This document shows positions 43,001 through 55,000 of a stretch of DNA of 64,000 bases, in pieces. Each line of letters starts with the position of its first letter. Positions within the stretch are counted from its first letter, which is position 1. The notes beneath the pieces are model-generated. The model made no database searches and was not told the DNA's origin. It worked only from the letters and a program-made list of their open reading frames with translations. The DNA is from Lytechinus pictus (Eukaryota): contig NC_087250.1 of NCBI RefSeq assembly GCF_037042905.1, positions 7,070,001 to 7,134,000 of the forward strand, given 5' to 3'. The translations under genes were made by a program, and so were the position numbers.

Positions 43001-46000
43001 CATTTGCTGACCCCAGACTTAGTGAAATGCATTGGAAATACCTGTTACAGTACATCTCTGCAGGAAAGCAAACTCGGTAGACTAAGCCTAATAAACCTCA
43101 GGTAACAGTCAGGCCACAGAAAGTGGTATATTGACTTAACCGGATTGTATTTTCCAAGGAGGCGCGATAGCTCAGTCGGTAGAGCGGGGGACTCGTATTC
43201 CGGTGACCCGGGTTCGATTCCCACTTGGTGCGCTGGTGCCCTTTGGTAAGGCATTAATCCTCAGTACCAGGTCCTTCGGAGAGGACCTTAAGCCGTCGGT
43301 CCTCTGGTTGCTTGCTTACAAGCATTCATGCTTTCTTAGCAATCATGTAAAAAATCACCACCAATACCAATGGCATTACATAACGTCTGCCAGTAATAAA
43401 TCTAACCATGGTTTGTCCATATGTGATTGATATCCGAATGGTGTCACATTAACAATGACAGCTGACGGACCACTGACTCTAAAACTTGATGGCAGAGTAG
43501 GAAGAGGCAACTTACCATCAGCATTTGCTAAACTAACTTTCTTGCATTTAGTGACTGATTGGTATTCTCTCTGAGATTGTAGAACAAGTATCTTATTGAC
43601 GTAAACAAAAATCTCTTCGCCTCCTCCCACCGTAATCTCCTCACTGCCATTAAAATGTATCCCGGTTCGGACTGCACTTGTAAATCTGAAAGGAGAGGGC
43701 AGAATAAATATTATAACTTTCATTTTAAAACAGGTATTACTCTTAACCCTAACTAGGCCGGGCTTTTTTGGCTGTTCTGTGGCCGGGGGGGGGGGGGGTT
43801 GATTCAACCCCCGCCTGAGATCTCGGCCGCCGAATATTGAGATTTTATTTTATATGAATTAATTATGCTCATTTATGCATAAATCATACTTTTTGCTAAA
43901 ATTCACCAAAATTTCCTAGAATGCTAATTTTTGGCAAAAATATTCTTTGTAGCATTCTTAACAATCGCAATTGAAAAAAAAATCGATTTGGAAATCAATT
44001 TCTAATGTATTTTATTGTTTTATGAATTTCTTATGTATTTTCTTTGTTTTTCAACCTTTTGTTTTTCTTAGTTTTTTTCACCAGATTTATTGCACAACCT
44101 TTTTGAAGCATAATTATGCTAAAATCAATTGATTTCAGCAGTTTAAAGCAAAAATAATCATATCTTTATGAATAAGATGAGAAAACTCAATTTGCATTGA
44201 CTTTGTACACAAAATCACGTTTTGGAACAATTTTTGGTCTGACATGCACTTATGAAATGTTGCGTAATTTCGGAACCGCGTACCCAGGCGTCACAAATTT
44301 GGTCTCAAAAGATGCGCGAGACTTGAAAGTATAAACTCTGTGAGTGGCGCGGTAAAAAAAATGTGCACCGCGAAATGATCGCAGAAAATGTTGAGGGGGG
44401 GTTGATTCAACCCCCCCCCCCCCCGGTCAGTTTAGGGTTAAGATTATTGACAATACAACAAAACTAAGTATCCATTTATGTGTTCTTCTTCCATTTCCCT
44501 CTGTCTTTCCCTTTTACTTTTCCTTTTCTTTTTTCTTTTTCCTAATCTCTCTCTCCTCCTTCTTTTATTTCTTCTTCCAGTAGTAAGAAAAAAATTTGAA
44601 GGAGCACCATTTGAGTAGAGTTCGTTATTGGGATCCTCTATTCCTCTGAACGCCAGGGTAGTAGCAATTCCAATTTTTTAATATCTTTTGATCTGATGTG
44701 GCCAGGGCTTGAACTCCCGACCTCCAAGTTGGGAGACAGATGCTCTACCAACTCTACTTACAACCGTGATAGTTACCAAATCGTTTCTATTGTACTCAAC
44801 CATCTCGTTTAAAGTCATTACCCCCTCTGTTGTTATTTTTGGTTTTCTTACTGTAATCCTTCTGTTCTGTACTCTTTGTTACCCGTTATTTACTTTGTTG
44901 TTATTACGATTTTATTTGTATGGTTTTGTTCTATTTTGTTTGTTTTAATACATAAAAGCCTGATGAAGGCCCTACTGGCCCAAAGCTAGCATTAAATGAG
45001 ATACCTTGACAGCTACAGTACGTCTAGCGTCAATGCCTGGATTATTTTATGCCTATATACATATTTGGGGGGTACTTTTCACGAAGGACTGCCTAAAGCT
45101 GCAATATTTGATAAGCTTTACATTGCAATGAACTGGGATTTTCCAGGGATAAACTGAGCATTTCGGGGGCGAAACCACCTTGAGCCCCCATGTTTCTGCA
45201 ATACAAACTTACCCAAAGTTATGAAGAACATATGAACAATCTCTCTGGTCTTCAGCTGTATACCCAAGTCCATCCAAAGGAAAATAAGAAGGGGACCAGT
45301 ATCTGGAGAAAGAATATCAGTGGATTAGTCTTCAGACTTTGAAACAGAGGGTCATGGGTTCAAATCCCAGCCATGGCATAATTTCCTTCAGCGAGAAATT
45401 GATCCACATTATGCTGCACTCAACCCAGGTGAGGAAAAAGGGTAGGCCTACCCGATAGGAATTAATTCCTTGAAATGCATATGCATTGCAATTACACCTG
45501 CCAAGCTAAAGCCGGGGAAATGATATTCAAGTCCTTTGTTTGGATCATAAATTTATCACAGAATAATAATAATAATAGTAATATGGGCATATTTACCCAG
45601 GGAAGCCACTTCAGTTCTGAAAACTGTTCTACCAGCGGGCCCTGCTATTGTTATATCAACAAATCAACAATATCAACAAAAAGAGCTAATTGACCACCCA
45701 ATCAAATAAATACAGTCCGTCCTACAAAAAAGAAACCCATCTTGAGAGATTCAAATTCCTTGCTATTGACCAATTTACTGTGGTCTAAGTCTCATGAAAG
45801 CCACTGAATATAGCAATAATTCTCATAATTCACATAAAGTCCTACAGTAATGGCATCAATGTGCAATAATAGACAACCGGTATAACCTAGCATATTTCAC
45901 AGTTTTCGTGATGTAATATTGATTCGACATGATGAACTCCAACAAGCAGTTCATCATCTTAAACAAGACACAGTGTAGGAATATATTGTGAATTAGTAAC

Positions 46001-49000
46001 TTTGCCAAGTAAAGGGTACTCTGCATAAGTGATTTTTCTTAGGACAGACATCTATTTGACTAAGGCAAAATTTGACTAATAGAGGATGAAAATATTGCAT
46101 GTTTGACATATTCTGGGCTCCGTAACACAAAGGTTTGCAATCAATCGCTAAATATCAATGACCAATCAAGATCATTGTTGTATGCGCGCTCTGTTTAAAA
46201 TACTGACCGGGAACCAATCAGTGTGGTTCTTTCATATTTGAAATTAATGACAAACCTTTGTGTTACAGAGCCATGGTCTCAAATAATGCTTTGAGTTGGG
46301 CGATTATTCATCGTGAGAAAGGCTGACATACACAGAGTTTACTGTATAATACCAAAAACTGTACCTATTTATAGGGTCATATATAGACGAGGTATTCAAC
46401 CAAGGGATAACAATGTTGGTCTCAAAGACATAATTGTTATCAACATTCCTGAACCAATCAGAGAATGTATCGCTGGTCGGGTCATCTGATTCCCTCAACC
46501 AGGCAGGAAAGGGACTATCAACATAGGTGGGTGATATCTTCAAAGTCTTGGTGGATGAATCAAAATCATCCTCAGTGGCACTGTAGATAGAATGAAAAAT
46601 AAAGTTGGTGAGATGATGTATCCCTGAGGGACACCGCATGTAATTCCTTTTAACCCAGACTATCATTATAGATTTGTGATGTCTTCAACATCTTGTTAAA
46701 AGAATTGAAATAATCTTCAGTGGCAGTTTACACTGCATGATACACGTCATGTTTAGATTGATCAAAAAAGAGAGGTCCTAAAAAGGAGCCTTGAGGGATA
46801 CTTCATGTTACTGCAAGTGTTAAATTCAGATTAGCAAGATAGGTAGGTGATCCCTTCAATGTCTAGGTAGATAAATGAAAATCATCTTCCGCCCTTCCTT
46901 AGAAAAATAATGAGAGTGAACAAGGCATTATACAAACCTGAAATCATAATACAGGATCTGAAGTGAAATGTCCAATCCCCCAGACTCTGTCAGGTTTGTG
47001 GATGCTGGGGAGGAAATAAAATATCATCAAGAAAATCAGATACAAATTTCAAAAGGGTTCTCAAAGTCCAAGGAGCTCTTACAAACAGTAGATCTTTTGC
47101 CTTATTAGGACCATGTGCTTCAGGTCAAATGCCAGTTGTGGTTTCCCATGACAGTAGTGTTTACTGCAACTACTTCCATTAATCTTTAATGATACACATA
47201 CCCAATCATAAGAAATATAATGTGAATTTTGATTTAAATGAAGATGTTGATTTTATCTTAGAAAGAGTTACAATTGATCAGATCAACCTCAACTATTATA
47301 GAAATCCATCAATGTCATAATTTCTTCTACAGGAAATTCACACAATGTACTTTGTGAACAAAGATAAGCACAATGATTTGTTCAGAAAACAATGAATGTG
47401 TGAGTTCATCATATATAGAAAGTATTTTGAATAAACATGCATTTTCGATGTTGATGTTGCTGGCTTTCCATAAATGTGGTTGATTGAATCCATTGCAATT
47501 TTTTGTAAAACGAGGCCCAGTACTCCAACATATTGTGACATGAAAAAAATTGAACTTTATCATTCATTTTGCTGACACTGAACCATTTGCAAGAAACTTC
47601 CAATCAATAGCAAGGAGATTGGGTTCTTCAAATTTATCATACATCTTACAAGTAAAAGACCTTTAAATATGACAACATAATCCCACAGCGCCCTCCTTCA
47701 GAGGATATAGGAATACATGTAAACAGAGTTGTCAGAGATGCGCTAGCTGCAGATAACCAACACATGCAAGGCAATGGCTTCAGCCTCTAAGATGGCGGCG
47801 CAATGACATCACTGTATAAGGTCTAATGCCAATTTGTGATTGAATGCTGATATGCTTTCTGCACCGAGGAGGAATAGATTACCTGCTAAAATTGATCTTA
47901 TCAATACAGTTATTGTTAAATTGCAATTAAAATTTCACATGAAATTGCAACTACCAGAATGTTTTTTGCAACACCTCCTTAGACTATACCAATATGGAAG
48001 GATTAACTTACCAACATTTTCCAGTGTTGTTATAGGAATACTCTGCCCCTCCACACTCGTATTACCCCCGTATGTGAGTCTGAGTGTACACGTGTAGTCT
48101 GTCCCATACTGCACCCCATCACCAGATTTAAATAGGATACTAAGATCGGTGGTGTTACCGACCAATCCAGTCACAGCAGGTGCATTATCACTGGTGCAGT
48201 TGATCACATAAAACCTGGGATAGGAAAATAAACATTTTGTGAGTCTAGTAGTCTGTCCTATAGGATTTAAATAGGATACTAAGGACAGTGACAGTAGGGC
48301 CATTGACACTGGTGCAGTTGATCACATAAGACCTGGGGTAGGAAAATAAGATTATATGATGCTATTAGTCTGTCCTACACTGAACCCAATTATTTGATTT
48401 ACATAGGAAACTAAGATCAGTGACAGTGGATGCATTGGCACATAAGACTTACAATATGTAAGTAACATTGTGTGAGTCTAGTAGTCTGTCCTATACTGAA
48501 CTCCATTATTATTAGATTTTATAGAGGATACTAAGATCAGTGACAGTGGATGTATTAACACATACATGTAAGACCAATGGTATATAAGTATCATTGTGTG
48601 AGTCTAGTCGTCTGTCCTATACCGAAACCCATTATCAGATTTAAATAGGGTACTAAGAACAGTGACAGTGGATGCATTAACACATAAGACCTATGGTATA
48701 TACAGTGTAAGTAACATTGTGTGAGTCGAGTAGTCTGTCCTATACTGAACCCCATTATCATATTTAAATAGGATACCTAGATCAGTGATAGTGGATGTAT
48801 TATGGGGTCGTCGTGGTCTAGTGGTTCTGACTCTCGCCTTTCAAACAGAGGGTCGTGAGTTCGAATCTTAGCCATGGTGTGTTTTCCTTCAGGAAGAAAT
48901 TTATCCACACCGTGCTGCACTCTACCCAGGTGAGGTAAATGGATACCGGCAGGAAGTAATTCCTCCAAAAGCTGTGCGCATCAGAATCGGAAGACTAGCT

Positions 49001-52000
49001 TAGCCGGGTAATATAGGAGCACCTTGAGCACCTAGCAAGGTGGATACGTGCGCTATACAGATCTTATATTATTATTTATTTATTTATTTAACACATAAGA
49101 CCTATGGTATAAATAACAATGCGTGAGTCTATTAGTCCATCCTAAACTGAAACCCATTACCAGATTTAAATAGGATACTAAGATCAGTGTTAGTGGATGC
49201 ACTGACACATAAGACCTACAGTATCTAAGCGACATTGCGTGAGTCTAGTAGTATGTCTTATACTGAGCCCCATTATCAGATTTTAATAAGAAAGATCAGT
49301 AACAGTGGATATATTGCCAGTGTAATTGATCACATAACACTTAGGGTATGAAAATAAGATTTTGTGAGTCTAGTAGTATGTCTTATACTGATTTTAATAA
49401 GAAAGATCAGTAACAGTGGATATATTGCCAGTGTAATTGATCACATAACACTTAGGGTATGAAAATAAGATTTTGTGAGTCTAGTAGTATGTCTTATACT
49501 GAGCCCCATTATCAGATTTAAATAAGAAAGATCAGTAACAGTGGATATTTTGCCAGTGTAATTGATCACATAACACTTAGGGTATGAAAATAAGATTTTG
49601 TGAGTCTAGTAGTATGTCTTATACTGAGCCCCATTATCAGATTTAAATAAGAAAGATCAGTAACAGTGGATATATTGCCAGTGTAATTGATCACATAACA
49701 CTTAGGGTATGAAAATAAGATTTTGTGAGTCCAGTAGTCTGTCCAAAACTGAACCTCATTATCAGATTTAAATAGGATACTAAGATAAGTGACAGTGGAT
49801 GCATTGCCGGTGTAAAAGATCACAGAAGACCTAAGAAAATAAGATTTGGTGAGTTTTGCAGTCTGACCTATATTGAACCCCATTATCAGATTTACATAAG
49901 ACATGAAAATCAGTGACAATGGATGAATTGCAGGTAACAGATCACAGAGGGTAAGAAAACAAGATTTGGTGAGTCCTATATTAAAATGTAGTGGGTGCAT
50001 TGTCATTGTAATTGATTGCAAAAGACCAAAGGTACGAAAATAAGATGTGAGTCTAGCAATTTGTTTGAAACTGCAACCCATTATCAGATTAAAATAGGAT
50101 ACTCCGATTAGTGACAGTGCATAAGTGCATTATCAATACGTGCACTGATGGGAACATAAGTTTCAAATTTGTAAGTTGGGGAAAGAGGTCTGGATCCAAT
50201 AATCATTTCAAAATTTCCAATGACCTTTGTATTACATGACCTTCATGATAACTGAAGGTCATTGTCAATAATGATAAACAATTAGCACTGATGGGTGAAG
50301 GTCATTGTCAATGGCACTCACCAATATATGCTATCGGGGTACACTGTGTGTACCCCGATGTGTACTGATGGGAACACAAGTTTCATATTTGTACGTTGGG
50401 AGAGAGGTCTGGATCCAACAATCTTTTTTTTTCAAATTTCATATGACCTTTGTATTGCATGACCTTCATGATAACTGAAGGTCATTGTCAATGATGATAA
50501 ACAATTTGCACCGCTGGGATCATCAGTTCCCACGGGTAAGTAGGGAAAATATGTCTTGTTCCATCAATTTAACGATCATTTCGAATTTCCTGCGACCTTG
50601 GTATTAGATGACCTTCATGATAACTGAAGGTCATTGTCAATGACAATCAACAATTTGCACTGATGAGTGAAGGTCAATTGTCAATGGCACTTACCAATAT
50701 GTGCTATTGGGGTACATTGTCTCATTTGTGTAAGGAGGGTATAAGACATCTGGTTCAAACCATTCGACCAAGATCTGCTCAAACGCTGGTGCCGTCACAT
50801 TGATATCAGTCGGTGCTGCAAGAAAAACATAGCAAGAAGTGTAGGGAAGGTCATCATGGTTAATACACATAATCTACAAGGAATTTTAGAGTAAAGTATC
50901 ATGTATGTGTTCCCTTCAATATTTAGATGCTTATTTGCATAATATGTTAATTACACTTCAGATATTAAGCTGATTTATTAATGTATTGGCCATTCTTAGT
51001 GATCACATCATATTGATCTAGACTGAAATGTTGTCATAACTGTTTTTATGAGAAAAATCAAAATTTCTGGATTTTTTCCAAATAAGGATGCTCATTTATA
51101 TGCAAATGAGGTAGATTCATTTACGATTTTTCATTTTAAAAATAAATAAATTTGTAAAACTTATGCTTTCTGCACTTGATTTCCAATATTTGGATTGTTT
51201 TCCTTATTTGTAACTTATTATTGCTAATATGCATAAAATGCAAATTTCATGATTTTCATATATGCTTGTATATTTAAGGACTTTTAATATGGTGTTTAGG
51301 AAACCTTCCTGTAAGGTATTGCCATATTCCAATTTCAATAGATACATGTAATCTACTTACAATTTTTGAGGGATATATCACCAGTGTGTTTTCTTGAATA
51401 TTTACAACGTGTAAAGGCGACCGCACACCTTACGATTGGTCTGCGACCCGATTTCAGAATAAAATGTAGTAGAATTTTATGCTTATATTGAGACTTGGAA
51501 TATCTTACTGTGTAGTGTTCTAAATCATCATACGAATACCTATGTTCAAATCTGTGACTATGCTATCTTCCTTCTTAGAATAAAAGCAAATTTAATATCT
51601 AGTCGTAATGACGTCATAGCAGTCATACAATCGGCTACGATTTGAAACTAATTTGGCCTTTACTCCAAAATAAAGGCTTGCAATCTTTCAAAATGCTATA
51701 TGTGTATTCTTTCGATTGATTTTAACCTCAAATAAAATTATATGTTCCAGTCACATTTTCAGAAAATGAGCAAAATGTGATTTGTTCCAAAATCGGATCG
51801 CCAACAGTCGTAAGGTGTGCGGTGGCCTTAAGAGATATGGTATTACAAGATCATCAGGACCCTGCACCAGAAATGTTATCAATCGCTAAATGAAGTGGCC
51901 TATCACGACCATCGTTGCATGCCCATTTTGCTCAGTAGACTGACTAGGAACCAATCAAATTTGTGTCATGGGGCAATGGACTTGCAAAAGCATTCTTAAA

Positions 52001-55000
52001 TTTTATTAACAACCCATCAAAGTTGGAAACCAATCAGCTGCATAATGCATAAAAAGGAAATCGAATAAGAGGTGATGCATTCGCAGGAGACATTTTTTTT
52101 TTCTTACATGTAAAAAGCAATAAAACTTTTAAAAGCTTTCTTGAGTTACACTCAAATACATTCAGCTCTGTAATCTAAACTCGGATCGATTTTAAACACT
52201 GGTCAAAAGTTTTGGTTTGACTATGGATAGCAAAACGTGACACAAATATCTTACAGAAGGCCTATAAGTTCAATTGATCAGCTCTATTGACCATCAAATC
52301 ACCAAAAACTGTCTGGATGTCAACTAAAATAGTTTTCTTGACCAATAAACGCTAAGTGGAAACAGCAAAGTAAACATAATATTAACAAAATTCTGACATG
52401 TACATGTATAGCTTATACCAGTGTGTTGGTAAAGCGTCCATCTCACAACTGGGAGGTCGGGAGTTCAAACCCCGGCAGCGTTAAACCAAAAGACGTTAAA
52501 AGATGAGAGTTGCTGCTATCCTAGTAGTTGGCATTCAACGATGAAAGGGACAGAGCCTCATCGATCTGGCGCTGCACAGCAGCTGCCGGGCTCACAATCA
52601 ATTGGGTAAAGCAAATTTTCAGAGTGTTTCATTTCATGTCTATTTCAAGCAACAATGGATTTTCACTTTCACATAATTTCAGAACAGAGCTAGACCATGG
52701 CTAAAGTTTGCTTGTTAGTTTTCATTACTACATTCATCATTCATACATATGTGTTTACATATGCAATATACAAAAATAATCCTTGATATAAGCAATATAG
52801 TCATAATGCATAATAAACACAAACTAAAAAAGTAGCAGCGACTTCAGAATAAAGGCTTCAGAGTTTAACTGTATGAATTGAGATAAATGGAGTGATTTGT
52901 TGCACATGTACCTAAAACACAACTTAGATGATCCTGAGGAATTCAAAATAGATATACTTACTGCAGTAGAAGAGGTAGTTTTCTTGATTAAGGAAGTAGT
53001 TGAGAGACGAAGACTGCGACGATGCAAAGAGAGTACCAGTCAAACTATCAGGTGAAGAACATTCTCCTCCCGTCACCTGGGATAGGACGTCGTAGACCGA
53101 GAACCAGATGTTACAGCTGCAAGCAAGGTTGTTATTTGCAAGGTTCCTGTATAAAGGTGATGTTCAAAGATAGTACCAAGTGCAATGATCTTTCATCTAT
53201 ATAATTACATATTGCATCAATCTGGATGTTATAGACTCAGAACCATATATTACAGCTGCAAGCAAGGTTGTTACTTGCTAGATTCCGGTACAAAGGAAAT
53301 ATTCAAGTACACAGTTCAATGAACTTTGAGCAATAATAGTGCTCAGTGCAATGCACTTTCATCCATAATAGTATGCATTGCATCAAACTGGATGTCATAT
53401 ACTGAGGACCGGATGTTACAGCTGCAAGCAAGAATGTTAGTTGCTACTAAGATTCCTGTGTAAGAGATTTTCAAAAATAGAACACAGTGCCATGCACATT
53501 CACCCATGATAGTACGAAGTGCACGTTTTCTTCTACAGTTAGTATGATCAAAAATACAATCAGGTGATCAGGTTTTAACAAATCGATATTTATGGTCAGT
53601 CAGATTCATATTTTCTGGAATAGAAAGAAGGTGGCTTTTCAAGTATGTACATGTAGTGATAGTGAATAGGTTGATTAGTTGGTGCGCTAGCAAAAGATCA
53701 AAGGGGAATCATCTTTACAGTCATGAAAGTAGAGGGAAATTCCCCTCTGCAATTCATCAACTATCATCAGTTTCATCACCTTCATCAAAACTACCTCCAT
53801 CACCATCACCACCATCGTCTTCATCACTATCATCATCACCATCACCACTATCATCGCCACCACCATCATCATCCTCACCGGCACCATCATCATCTTCATC
53901 TTCATCATCACCACTATCATCATCATCATCCCCATCACGACTATTGCCACCATTATCATCATCATTATCCACATCCTAAGTCATACTTACACCGATGATA
54001 CACTCTCGAGCAGACTGAAAGCATTCTCCCCAAGTGTCCTGATCTGATTATTGGATAAGTCTCTGTGAAATAAAAACATAATATGAAACATGAAATATAA
54101 TATTAAACTCACATGAAAAGATGCACAAGTCCTCATAATTTCATCACAATAAGTTCATTTGTGATTCCTATCCTTGCTTTTACTATGCAAGCTCTCATCC
54201 TGATGCTCCCTCAGGCACACAAGCAGTAGACATACACATGTGCAGAGACAAACCAAGTGGGTGTTTCATAAAGCTTTTCCTATGCACGACTTTACGCACA
54301 AATGGAATCTGTTCTTAGGTGCTGACTGACTTGCTGACTAAGGTACATAGGACAGTGTGTCCCTTCGCTCTCATACTGATAATCCTATTCCATTCAGTTC
54401 TACCCTGGGCTAGGTCTACAGCAGCATCCAGTAGAGGGAGTCCCACATCACTTCTGGAAGGGGGACGTCCTGGCGGTCTCCTCATTTCAAAATCATTTCT
54501 GTATGCCTGGACAGGAAAGCTATTTTGTGGCATATGACAAATGTGCCCAAAACACCTCAGGTGTATTTTGTAGCTTCCTCACCTATCGTATTTTTATATG
54601 TACCGGTAATCTCCTGCTAATGTCTGCATCTCATCCTAATCTCCTTCTAATGTCCGCGGACTTAAGTACCAGTTCAGGGATATATCATTGAGCACAAGAA
54701 AGGGTCGCCAGTTATGCATGTAGTCATTGTGAACAGGTTTATGAAACACCCAACAGTACCTATCAAAATATCCTCATTTATCAATGACTCACCTTAGATA
54801 TCAAGCTGGTACAATTACAAGATTATTCTATATGATTTAAATGATTTCAAAATATGATTGAAGAACAAAAGAAAAATTCCAACTTACATCGTTGTAAGGT
54901 CTTCTAAAGCAGTGAAGGCAGGAAAGTGTTCGATGCGATTGTTGCTCAGATAGCTGCAATGTAGAAGATAGAAATGAGGGAAGGAGAACATATACGTTAT

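Noticed and set aside
43160..43235. tRNA gene (also 13845, 21585, 60955-61030)
   Set aside because: The acceptor stem does not close, and each head runs into a SINE body that is shared among copies or resembles a known SINE core.
49566..50081. 171-aa minus-strand ORF
   Set aside because: A chance read-through of exon-6 echo units in shifting frames.
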